A stretch of 64,000 nt of DNA, from NCBI GenBank assembly GCA_951406725.2, contig OX597814.1, positions 160,084,001 through 160,148,000 on the forward strand, given 5' to 3'. The number at the start of each line of letters is the position of its first letter. Position 1 is the first letter of the stretch. A program made the translations under genes and the position numbers. This stretch comes from Octopus vulgaris (Eukaryota). A model generated the notes under the pieces. The model did no database searches. It had not been told where the DNA came from and saw nothing but the letters and a program-made list of their open reading frames with translations. This document shows positions 13,421 through 25,673 of the stretch, piece after piece.

Positions 13421-14688
13421 AACATGTCGAGTTTGGTTTTCACTTACACCACATAAACTCAATAAGTTATTTAACGGTGTTTCTCGAAGCGAATGCGACT
13501 ATAAACAATAGTTTGTGATATACTAGATTAAAAACCAAGTCTTGGATTGACAAGCATATTCTAAAAGTAAACGTAATTTCTGTTTAAAAATAAAGTGACT
13601 ATATATTACCCAATGGATACAACCACGTATCCGGTTTTGTGTTTATATATTTTCTATTTGCGGGGAATGGACAACCGGAAGTGTGTTGGATGATTGTTTA
13701 TATATGTTGATTGCAACCGGAAATGAGGTGATTGAGTATTTATATATGTTGATTACCTCCACTATGCTGGTTATGGTAGTCGAGTTTTATTATTTTAGTT
13801 TGATGTATGCTATATGTGAAGCATTGATCTTCTGCTGCTAAATTGCTTTTAGTCCAGAGCTCTTGAGCCATTGTTAGTTTTCATATGGGGCTATTGTCTC
13901 TCTGCTTCAAATCTTGCCGGATATTGAGCAAGGAGACTACTTTTCTCTGTTTGTTACATATTTTTTTAGTTCAGCATTGAACTTATCTTTTGTTTTTATT
14001 TCCTACTTTTTCTTTTGATTTGCAATTAAACCTTTTCTATCGCAGTAATTAGTTTCTCCTTTACAACTTATTATTTCCTTATAAAGACAGACAAACATTT
14101 TGTTTGTTTTCTTTCGTATTGTTTTATTATACAGTGTACCTTAGCTTGCTTCTAAGTATTTCTGTAGAGACACTTTATCATTTAGTTATAAGACCCATTC
14201 CCCACTATTATCCTGGTAAGTACAACCTATCTATACATCGGCTTAAATACTATGAGTTCAGAGCGTAGTTAACAGTTATCTAGTTCTTCTGTCCCCGTAA
14301 CTTAGTGGTTCGGCAAAACAGATGGATGGAATAACCAGGCTTTAAAAAATAAGTACTGAGGCCGATTCATTTGACTAAACATTCTTCGAGGCGATGCCCC
14401 AGCATGGCCGTAGTTTAATGACTGAAACAAGAAAAAAAAGCTCTTCAGTTCACTAACCTTCAGCTTCGTTTTATTGAACCCGCAGTTTATGGACTAGTTT
14501 TGCTGGTTTGTATATAACTATTATCTAATTTCTAGCATCAAGTTTGTTTCCAATACTCATGGCTCATTTGCACTCCACTTTTTTCTAATTTACTCATTCA
14601 TTTCTGTACACAGTACCATATGTAAGATTCATCAACTCCAAAATGATTATGGTTATTTCGTTCTAATTCTCTGATTTCAGTGTCTAGA

Positions 14689-14825
14689 TCAGTCACGAGG
14701 AAAATGCAACCCGCAGGAATTTTCGGATTGGCACGCCTATCGAAATTACCTTGAATATGTCTAGTAATGCAACATGAACCATGTCTCTAGCGGCCCATTT
14801 CTCGAAAAAGGTTGCACATGCCTGG
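14689..14825. mobile_element. Probable hAT-type MITE remnant
   Basis: CAG... start, ...GCGGCCC...AAAGGTTGCACATGCCTG end, TCTA-containing flanks. A related terminus (GGACAAACTGTGGCCTGCGGGCCACATG) occurs at ~51157-51200. Confidence 0.4.
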
Positions 14826-14918
14826 TCTAAATATAACTCAATTTGAGTTTCAATGAATTACTATTTTCTTTGATAATTTTGTATCCTCACATATGTATTT
14901 TATTATTACCACAGAATA

Positions 14919-15345
14919 AGGCGGTAACCTGGTGCGCCGGACAAAATGCTAAGCGGCATTTCGTTCATCTTTACATTTCGAGTTCAAATTCCGTGGAGGT
15001 CGACTTTGTCTTTCATCCTTCCGGGGTCGATGAAACAAGTACCAGTTGAGTACTGTCGTCGATGTAATCGACAAGCCCCACTTTAAGAATTCTGGACTTG
15101 TGCCCTTAGTAGAAGGGATTAGTACAACAGAATAAGACAGCGAGTTCACAGGATCGTTAGCACGCCGGGGTAAATGTTTAGCAGCATTTCACCGTCTTTA
15201 AGTTCTGTGTTTAAATGCCACTGTGGTGGATTTTGTCTTTCACTCTTTCGGTGTCGATAAAATAAGTACCAATTGAACACTGGGATTTATGTAATCGACT
15301 TCTACCCTCAAAATCTGCTGGTTCTGTGCCTGCTGTAGAAATAAT
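14919..15345 (+). mobile_element. Two tandem SINE A copies
   Basis: Family A head and core at ~14919 and ~15135. Confidence 0.82.
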
Positions 15346-15601
15346 TCACATATAGATTTTTGTAAGTTACCTAGTGGGAACAGTGCATTTTCTACAGTTT
15401 TTTAGTCATTCATATAATATAGATAATACATGATTTGTCTTCAGTGTTTGTTGCTACTTCTGGTTTGAATCACCAAACTTGTTAATAGAATCAATAGAAT
15501 AATAGTTAATAGAAAAAAAAAAACATGGAAGAGAAAAGGGTTCACTGTGGAATGGGTTATTTAAAAAAAAAAAAATTCTTTTCATTTTACAGTATAAGTG
15601 A

Positions 15602-16021
15602 TACTCTTTGCTCTTTTACTCTTTTACTTGTTTCAGTCATTTGACTGCGGCCATGCTGGAGCACAGCCTTTAGTCGAGCAAATCGACCCCGGGAATTATT
15701 CTTTGTAAGCCCAGTACTTATTCTATCGGTCTCTTTTGCCGAACCGCTAAGTGATGGCGACGTAAACACACCAGCATCGGTTGTCAAGCAATGCCAGGGG
15801 TACAAACACAGACACACAAACATACACACACACACATATATATATATATACATATATACGACGGGTTTCTTTCAGTGTCCGTCTACCAAATCCACTCACA
15901 AGGCTTTGGTCGGCCCGAGGCTATAGTAAAAGACACTTGCCCAAGATGCCTCGCAGTGGGACTGAACCCGGAACCATGTGGTTGGTAAGCAAGCGACTTA
16001 CCACACAGCCGCTCCTGCGCC
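15602..16021 (-). mobile_element. tRNA-derived CORE-like SINE, family B, full length
   Basis: Reverse complement of 41505-41906; box A/B, CTTGGGCAAGTGTC core, internal (TA)n(TG)n, (GTAAAAGA)n-like tail. Confidence 0.92.
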
Positions 16022-16539
16022 TGTTTTAGATTTTTATACTCGCTTTGGAGTTTTTTTTTCAATATTTTTTTCATTTATTCAATATACTAAATTCTTATGC
16101 ATTTACAAAGGATTCTAAGCATGTGATTGAGATTAATCGTGGATCTCTTTTTACTTACGTTGCATAGTGAGGGCTATTGTGCTTATTTACTATACAGCAA
16201 TCTTCTAGAATATCTGGATGTTTCGGTGACCGCTCGCCTCTTCATACGGTGTTCAAAGAGCAAGTTACCGCGTAAACTTACAATAAAATGACAGTCACCA
16301 TGAGATATAAAGCGACTAGGACGCATATAAAAACACGGGGACATACAGGAGAAACTAAAAAAAAAAAAGCACACACATCTATATAAAACCGAGAAAATCA
16401 CGTTTTACTAACGCAGTGAAAATATTTCCAGTGTGCTCCGTTGGGAATGATATTGAGTTAGAAAACTTAAAACACCTAAATGTGTGGAGACCTGTATACG
16501 TGGATATGTGTGTATATGGGTAAGCAGATACATGCAAGT

Positions 16540-16554
16540 ACACACACATGCATG

Positions 16555-16593
<39 letters not shown>

Positions 16594-16958
16594 CTGTGTT
16601 TTGTGCTTGTCTGAGCGGCGATGCATGATTACAAGGATGAATACGTGCGTTTTGTAATATGCATGCGATTATGATAGTGTCTAATCAGATTTACATAACT
16701 GTCTAAATAGAAATGTATATGTACATAATGCCTTAAAATAAAAGATGTGTACATTCATGCATAGATGATGCTTCAGCGAATATGCTTCAAAGATTTCGTA
16801 CACAAGCATACCTGAGTGTGTGTGAGTCAACGTACAAATACATGCAAATCTATATACATATACATATTTCAATATATACACATATATAAATACACACACA
16901 CATATATGTACAGATGTATGAACATAAATATACATCAAAGCATGGAATTGCACATGCA

Positions 16959-17018
<60 letters not shown>

Positions 17019-17062
17019 CATATATAGATATAGATGTAGCTAAATATAAACATTTATATATG

Positions 17063-17117
<55 letters not shown>

Positions 17118-17611
17118 CGTATACATATATACATAAGCACACACACATATGCATATGTACACAACCATATACACATATACATATACGTACACAGAGTCAT
17201 CAGCATTGGAAAGTCTATGAGGGGCTAATGAGTGATCCCACAGTAAATTCGCGGTCACCCTTTATGAAATTTAGCTGGAAGCAACAACAGTTAAAGCAGT
17301 AGTAGTAACAACAACAACAACAATAATAGTAAAAAAAAAAGAAAAACGCTGAGAGGAAATTTAGTGTAAAAGACCAACGGCTTCACAGAGTTCAAATCCT
17401 ACGTATGATTACTATTGTAAAAACATCACCTAATAGCTAGGTGAAAGAAACGTGGTCGTAAATACTTGCATGTAGCAACCATTTTTGAAAGAGACTAATT
17501 TCAAAGTCTCTAATAATGCTCATGGTATATAACGTACACATAACCCAATACTACGAGAAAACGCATGTGCACTTATATAATGATATAATGATGCAAATAT
17601 CTATCTATCTG

Positions 17612-17678
<67 letters not shown>

Positions 17679-17809
17679 GTCTGTCTGTCTGTCTGTCTGT
17701 CTGCCTGTCTGTCTGTCTGTCTGTCTATCTATCTCTCTCTCTCTCTATCTATCTATATATCTATCTATCAACCATCTATCTATCTATCTAGCTATCTGTT
17801 TCTATCAAC

Positions 17810-17850
<41 letters not shown>

Positions 17851-17980
17851 TGTAAGTATGTATATATGCATGTATACACATATGCATATATACGCGCACA
17901 CATATATATATATATGTGCCTGGGTATATATGAATATATATATATATATCTATATTTCTGTAATTATGCATGTGTGTATC

Positions 17981-18012
<32 letters not shown>

Positions 18013-19094
18013 CGTGCGTGTGTGTGTGTGTGTGTGTGCGCCGGTCACATAATACGGTGCTTACTAGACGATATCTCTTTCGCGATGGCGATGATTGTTT
18101 TCTCTGTCCAATGAACATAATATATATAATGGGCAGAACAATTTTCTCTGGTCATCATTATCATCATCACAATCACAGCCACCACTGCCACCAACACCAA
18201 CACCACCACCACAGCCACCGCCACCACTGCAAGCAACATTGCTCCCACCAGCACCACACCATTCGCCACCATGATAATGACTACCATTTACTCCCATCAG
18301 CACAATCACTACCACCTGAAAATGGACAGTACGACTTGATTTTAGCCACAGGATGACTCAGGCCCTTAAATTGACCACTTTTGATCCTTGTGACGATCAG
18401 GGAATCGTCGGCTTTCACTCTCCACAATTATGGTTTGGTGTGGCATAATAATGGGGTAAGAACCATTCTATTAACCTTTCTTTTGATTGGTCAGAAAGCT
18501 GGAAGGCTTCTAGGAAACAAGCTTAAAATCTGCCCAGTCTTGCAAAAGGCTGCTACATACGGCATCTGATATGATCGGATCAATTTTCTAACGCTATGTC
18601 CACGAGGAAAGAAGGGAAAAGGGTCGTAAAACAGATTTTAACTCTGAACATTTATCACGCTCGATACACTTATGTACTCGTATATAGATTAGGTCATCCA
18701 TACTTACATTACTTTGCAAGAAGGGATATTCATAGAAAAGCACCACATACAGATGTGACTGCACGCATACACTGACGTGCATATGCATATATGTATACAT
18801 TGCCATACATACATATATACGCTCATTCATCTCTCTCTCTCTCTGTATATATATATGTGTGTGTGTATGTGTGTGTGTATGTGTGTGTGTGTGTGCGTGT
18901 GTATGCGGGCGTGTGTGTGTGTAGACACGTGTATACACACACACATATATATATATATGCATATATATACAGGCCTATATGTGTCTGTGAGCTTATGTGT
19001 GAGGGATATATGTGTGTGTATGTTTGTGTACGTGCACATACACGCATATACAAACACAAGTCCACACACATATATGTGAAACCTAGCCGCTCAG

Positions 19095-19191
<97 letters not shown>

Positions 19192-19209
19192 TGTGCGTGT
19201 ATGTATACG

Positions 19210-19263
<54 letters not shown>

Positions 19264-19300
19264 TGCGTCTGTGTGTATGTATGTACACATACCCTGTAGG
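16540..19300. repeat. Compound microsatellite field ((CA)n, (TA)n, (TATC)n, (CAC)n) with short unique islands
   Basis: Direct reading of sequence. Confidence 0.9.
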
Positions 19301-19714
19301 AGTACTAAAATAAGTTGAATATATTTCTATCAATCAATATCACCATTACATTTATATAGAGAGATGCAGGTATAGCTGTGTATATTAGAAGCTCGCTTCG
19401 CAACAATCAGCTTCTGTCCCGGTTTCAGTCTTGATGCACGGCATCTTGAACAGTTCCCTTCTACTGCAGCCTCGTGCTGACTTTTGATACGCAAGTGAAA
19501 TGTATTAGCTGGAAATTGTGTGGAAATCCGTCCCATATACTGATGCACGTGCGCGGGAGTACTGAGATGTCTACTCGAATCTGGTATTATTTTGTTAAAA
19601 CCTTTTTGTTAAGTGGTTAAGTCATCTTTTCTGACATAAAGGTGCTCAACATGCAAGACAGTATTTCAATCCGTGTATGTGCCAATGTGTATTCGTTTAT
19701 TCTTTTATTTTTTT

Positions 19715-20060
19715 ATTCTTTTATTCTTTTACTTGTTTCAATCATTTGACTGTGACCATGCTGAAGCACCGCCTCAAACGGTTTGAGCCGAAGAAATCAA
19801 CCCCAGGACTTATTCTTTCTAAGCTCAGTACTTATATCGGCTTATTTTGCCGAACCGCTAATTTAAGGGGACGTACACACACCAACATCGGTTGTCAGGT
19901 GATGGTGCTGGGACAAATACAGACACAACGATACACACACATAAATATATACGTATACATACATACATACATACATATATATATATATATGTATGTATGT
20001 ATGTATGTACATATATATACGTATATATTTATGTTTGTCTTTTTTATCTGTATTTGTCCA

Positions 20061-20091
<31 letters not shown>

Positions 20092-20253
20092 GACGGGATT
20101 CTTTCAGTTTCCGTCTACCAAATCCATTCACAAGGCTCTGGTCGGCTCGAGGTGGTAGTGGATGACACTTCCGGAATGTCCTATGCAGTGGGACTGGATC
20201 CGAAACCATGAGGTTGGAAAGCAAGCTTCTTACCACACAGCCAAGCCTGCGCC
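19715..20253 (-). mobile_element. SINE B with expanded internal microsatellite
   Basis: Head at 20253-20092 and tail at ~19920-19715 match family B; about 170 bp of TA/CA repeats lie between them. Confidence 0.88.
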
Positions 20254-20285
20254 TATGTATCTATCAAAAGGATCAACGGTCTTTC

Positions 20286-20521
20286 TCGAGCTATAGGCTA
20301 ATAAGGCTGGTTTTCCCGAATTCTGTGGCGTATTTATTTTGGACTTTGGATGGAACGTCGGCCCGTCGCAGGATTACTCATTTTTGCTGGCTGATTGTAC
20401 TGGAGCAACGTGAAAGGAAGTGTTTTGCTCAAGAAGAAAGCGCATTGTCCTGTCCAGGAATCGAAATCACGATCTTACGATCATGAGTGCAACACCTTAA
20501 ACATTAGGTCACACGCATCCA
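20286..20521 (-). mobile_element. SINE C, degenerate
   Basis: Aligns by eye to 106-350. Confidence 0.8.
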
Positions 20522-21115
20522 ATGTATGTCTGTATACTTATACACGCACGCACACACACACATACACACACACGCACGCACACAAAACACACACATATAT
20601 ATGCACAGACACACACGCATACAGTTATATATGTATACATAGTACGTACATACATACATACATACATACATACATACATACATACATACATACATACATA
20701 CATACATACATACAAATATACAAATATACACACAAACATGCATACATACACACAGCTATTTTTGTATATATGTGTGTGTATGTGTGTGTCTGTGTTTGCA
20801 TGCGTGTCTCTGTGTGTGAGCGTAAATGCGTGTATTCCAGACTGCTAGAGAACTACATTCAAACACAACTTGTCTATTCAATTCGACATTTTTATTATAA
20901 TAACATATATTTACTTGCTCACTTTCGACGAATAAATCATTCATTTACGTTTACGATATTTCAGAGAAGAGTGCATAGTCAGAGTTCTTAGGTTGTTTCA
21001 AAAAGTAGGTTCATGAATTTCAGGTCACACTAATTTTAATGTAGTTATTTTAATGTTATTTTAAATTTAGAAATGATTACATTCCACCCTTATATAAAAA
21101 TCAAATGAAAGATTA

Positions 21116-21764
21116 TCTAGTATATATAAATCGCAGTATGTGTGTGTATATTGACTAACGCATACATTTCCACAATTCTCAACCGATTTTCACCAAACTT
21201 TACATACACATTACTTATGTCCAAGGATGGTCATGCACCATAACATTTTGCCTAGTGCTCCCGCGTAAATGGACAAACCGGGAAAAACGGTGGTTCACAC
21301 GGGCTTTTCTCTAATTTGTTGTATGTACATAGCTTTTTTGTATGTAAGGTCTTCCACACTTTTTAAATCTATATGATCGTATATTGGCATTAGAGAATAC
21401 TTTTTAGTGGTTTTCACATTTTATTATTATTTATTTATATATTGTAATTGTGTATTTTTACTTTCTATGTTTTTTAGTGTGTATTGGTGTGTACTGAGTG
21501 TTTTGGTTAGAGAATATTATAAAAGTGAAAGGATTTTGTCTATTTATTTCGACTGTTTTCCATACTTCTTAAATCTATATGGTCGTATATTTGCATTACA
21601 GAATGCAAATAGTTTAGCTGTGTTCACATTTTTTAAATTCATTATTTATTTATATGTTGTAATTGTATATTATTATTTCCTATATTTTTTAATATGTTTA
21701 TTGTTGTGTATTGTTTGAGGGTTTCGGTTAGAGAATATCATAAAAGTGAAATCATTTTGTCTAT

Positions 21765-21795
<31 letters not shown>

Positions 21796-22402
21796 TTTCG
21801 ATGTCCACCTGCAACGGTGATTAAATTGACTAGAAACACTGTACGCGATGAATGTCCAATACCAAACAGTCTTAATCTCCAGATTTAAACTGCATTAAAC
21901 TTTAGCAAGATTACCTTTACCTATTCTGAGTTGCTTGAAAGGTGATGTTCCCTTCCCTTTCTTCTATTTGTTGATAACTTTGTTTACCTACCAATGTGTT
22001 GTTTCATTTTAAGGATGCTTATTTACCTATCCATTATGATATTTCGATTGTTGTCCATCGTTTCAAATACGTTTTAGCATTGTCATCCTAGCCTTTTTTA
22101 AACAATCATATGAAGTTTCGCTTTCATGAAAAACAACTATATTTTGTAGTCATTATCCGTTATCTATTCCTAAAACACCCCAGTATCTCTACTTTGTATC
22201 GCTTGCAAACTTATATGTTCTACGATCATTAAAGTGCAACGACCTCCACAATAACCAGCTTCAATTTGGTTTTCTGTTCCTAGGTTAATCGGAAACATAG
22301 ATTGCCGTGCTACTTATAAATTTTCTTGGTAGTTCAATTATTTGGAGAAAAAAATATCACCAAAGCAGTTAAAACCGTCCAAAGCACGGGTGCGCTTGCT
22401 AG
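21116..22402 (+). mobile_element. Non-autonomous Helitron
   Basis: Begins A|TCTAGTATATATAAA, contains AACCGATTTTCACCAAACTT, ends with a CCGT-N7-ACGG hairpin (22375-22389) followed by CTAG|T. Inserted between A and T with no TSD. Contains an internal diverged ~205-bp tandem duplication (~21351-21555 / ~21558-21770). Confidence 0.72.
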
Positions 22403-23060
22403 TTTTATATAAAGACCGATTTGAATCACTCTTTTACAATTTTAAGAAATTTTGCATCTAATATCGGTAATCATATATTATTTCTATGTTTCAATGAAGT
22501 TACGTTCAATAGTGCTATTCATTATAATAAATAAACACTTCTTAATAATGATTTCACAGATAAAAACAGTAGACAAATCGTATGAATGCTTCTAAGTGTA
22601 AAAATAGCTCAAGAAATATGTTCTGGTACAATCCAACTGTTAGTCTAAATGTTTTATCCTATATTGCGAGAGAGTTTCTAATTTCGTTTCGTTTTCCGAT
22701 AAATTTTAGATAGCAGAAGCTTTTTTAGCGTGAACACAATGAGGGTAGCCCCTAAATAAACAAACTTACAATCAAAGTGTTCAACGTATAATATATCTGG
22801 GACTATATTAACTTGGATACACATTCTGACATACTTTTACCTAAAGAAATATTAAGATGGTAGGCTATAATTTGAAGTATATTTAGCAACTATTTCTAGC
22901 AGGAAAAGGAAACACATGATATTCCTTCGGTCCGTATTAATATTATTACACTATAATTGTTTAAAGTTGTTGTAGTGATCCATATTATTACCCGAGTCTG
23001 TTCATTTACCCATATATCAAATGATATATGGGTAAATGTACAAACTTACAGACTCAGGTA

Positions 23061-23090
<30 letters not shown>

Positions 23091-23091
<1 letters not shown>

Positions 23092-23750
23092 GACAGAAGT
23101 ATCAGTTGATAAGGCAGCAGTATCACTTTTCTTCTGTAGATTATGCGAAAGATCATATGAAAAAGACATATTTAGTGGATACTCAAAACTGACCCAAAAG
23201 GAGTTTAAAAAACGCTATGACAAAGTGGTAATGCGAATAAACTTGGAGTTGTGTAGGTATTATAGGCTAGAATGTCCCAATAAGTGGTATAAGCACCAAT
23301 TTTTGCAAGAAGCAAAAACTGATCAAGCGAAACTCACGCATGATATGCAAATTTGCACAGATAAGATGCAACATAACCGACCTGATATCACTTTCCTATG
23401 GAAGGAGTCCAAAGAATTGACCTTCATCAATGCAGTTATACCTGCTGACTAGAATATCGTGCAGACAAAGAATGAGACAGTCGAAAGGTACCAAGACCAA
23501 GCATTTGAAGTAAAACGCATCCATAAAGCCTCAAAAGTTAGTGTGATACCTATCGTGATCGATGCACCTGGGGGTCATCTCAAACAAAGCAATATTTTGG
23601 CATAAAAGCTGCAAATACCAAGCTTCATAGTGAGTAATAAGTTGACAGCAATACTTGGGACAGTACATATGTTGTATCTCTAAGCTGCAAGATGGAGTTG
23701 AGACGTGACTTAGACAACTTAGGAAGAGAAAGGATAATAGGACACAATAC
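23091..23750 (+). mobile_element. Decayed RLE non-LTR retrotransposon 3' fragment
   Basis: CRLC...KKRYDKV...LELCRYY...NKWYKH...HNRPDITF...INAVIPAD*NIV...ERYQD...VIPIVIDAPG: Cys knuckle, RHD-like and PD..D motifs, with an in-frame stop. Confidence 0.8.
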
Positions 23751-23796
23751 TAATAATAAAAAGAAGGGAATAAGCTGCATGTGCATATATATATGC

Positions 23797-23998
23797 ATGT
23801 ATGTATGTATGTATGTATGTATGTATGTATGTATGTATGTATGTATGTATGTATGTATGTATGTATGTCCGTCCGTCCGTCTGTATGTGTGTATGTATGT
23901 ATGTATGTATGTATGTATGTCCGTCTGTCTGTCTGTATGTATGTATGTATGTATGTATGTATGTATGTATGTATGTATGTATGCATGCATGTATGTAT
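23797..23998. repeat. (TATG)n compound tetranucleotide repeat
   Basis: Direct reading of sequence. Confidence 0.97.
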
Positions 23999-24698
23999 GG
24001 TAAGAGAACAGGGTGTGTTTACTCTTTAAGTAAAAAAGTAAGGTAGTTAAAGAAGAGGTAGAACGGTAAATAACAGGACGCTCAGACACTACCTCTCATC
24101 CACCAAATACAAACTGGGCTCATGCTGTCTAAACCAATGTTCAATGAGAACGATGCAACTAACGGATAGCATCCGGCTGTGTTTTAATCCAAGGCGGTTT
24201 ACGGAAAATTAAACCTCTTCATACCTACTTGAACTCTGCTATATGTATCTTATCTTATTTTGTTTTATGTTAATTCATTTTCTTTCGCTTTCCTCTTTTA
24301 CTTTTATATCCTCCAACTAATGGTGTTACCCTGTTATCTTACTATACTCTAATCATGTTGCCTGAGATACACCAACACATTATATATATATATATACTTT
24401 TATTCGTTAATTCTATCATGGCGGTATGTATGTATGTATGTATGTATGTATGTATGTATGTATGTATGTATGTATGCATGCATGCATGCATTTATGTATA
24501 CGTAGTCACAGTTAAACTGAACAGTGAAGAAGTTTTTCCCTCAATCTTGAAGTTACGAGTCCAATCACACTGCATGGTTACCTTGAGGAAATTTCTTTCG
24601 CATTCACTTAAGCTTTGTTTCTATGTAGAAGCCTGCTAGTTGAACCATACCCATAATTCAAAGCTCCCTCGTTGTCGTAACTGAAAGAGTGCTATATA

Positions 24699-24767
<69 letters not shown>

Positions 24768-24954
24768 AAGGTGAATGAATTATCCTAGTATGGATAATTC
24801 GGTTAACCGATACCTAGGTAGCAAATTCACGTAAGAAAACACGGTTGAAGCTATATGCCAAGGGCAGGGATCCCGTGTTCTCGTGTGTAAATTTGTGTGT
24901 TTTTTTTTAACTATGAATAAATGAAAGAATGGAGTCGAACGACGATTTTAACAA

Positions 24955-25055
24955 AATTCCTTTACTCTCGACATGTTTCGAAGGCTGCATATTCCTAATT
25001 CCGAAGGAATAAAGGGTGCATTATGCCGCCATCTCATCAGGAAAGACAAGGAACT
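24955..25055 (-). ncRNA. Mirror-image type I hammerhead on the minus strand
   Basis: CTGATGA = complement of 25034-25040; GAAA = 24976-24979; then CATGTC. Helix III is 2 nt shorter than in the right arm. Confidence 0.68.
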
Positions 25056-25196
25056 TATGTCAGCACCATGAAGAGCAAAAACATTTAGATGACTGCCCAA
25101 ATGATGTCCACAGTAATAAATGATTAAATAAATTATTACTGTGGACATCATGTGGGCACTCATCTAAAAGTTTTTGCTCTTCATGGTGCTGACATA

Positions 25197-25299
25197 AGTT
25201 CCTTGTCTTTCCTGATGAGATGGCGGCATAATACACCCTTTATTCCTTCGGAATTAGGAATATGCAGCCTTCGAAACATGCGTCGAGAGTAAAGGAATT
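25197..25299 (+). ncRNA. Type I hammerhead ribozyme (minimal helix III)
   Basis: Stem I CTTTC(25207-11)/GAGAG(25285-89), extended by AGTTCCTT/AAGGAATT; CTGATGA 25212-18; stem II GATGGCGGCATA/TATGCAGCCTTC; GAAA 25273-76; helix III C-ATGC-G; GTC cleavage triplet 25282-84. Confidence 0.8.
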
Positions 25300-25331
25300 T
25301 TGTTAAAATCGTCGTTCGACTCCATTCTTTC

Positions 25332-25368
<37 letters not shown>

Positions 25369-25377
25369 ATGATATGT

Positions 25378-25673
25378 AGCTCTCTGTCGGTTACGACGAC
25401 GAGGTCTCCAACTGATCCGATCTACAGAACAGCCTGCTCGTGAATTAAAATGCAATTAGTTGAGTACTCCACATACACGCGTACACTTAACGTAGTTCTT
25501 AGGGAGATTCAACGTGATAAGGCTGTCCGTGTACTACTCATTTTTGCCAGCTTAGTGGACTGGAGTAACTCGAAATAAAATGTCTTCTTCGACGAAACAA
25601 CGCGTCGCCGTGAATTGAACTCACGTCCTTAGCATCGTGAACCAAATACCCTAACCACTAAGCCACGCGCCTT
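25378..25673 (-). mobile_element. SINE C head with an alternative 3' tail
   Basis: Head and core match 106-350, but the tail is unrelated to that copy. Confidence 0.75.

Larger units (their letters stand above)
24917..25337. repeat. Long inverted repeat (arms 24917-25119 and 25133-25337, 13-nt spacer), probable inverted Penelope-like pseudo-LTR
   Basis: By eye the arms are reverse complements with 4 substitutions and one 2-nt indel. The whole unit 24764-25337 sits inside (TA)n. Confidence 0.95.

Noticed and set aside
13440-14250. Possible Penelope ORF remnants (AYSKSKRNFCLKIK-like)
   Set aside because: Too degenerate to delimit or assign with confidence.
16150-16330. Strong minus-strand donor (GTAAGT at 16153-16158) suggesting an exon
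   Set aside because: No supported reading frame or partner exon; cannot be called without RNA data.
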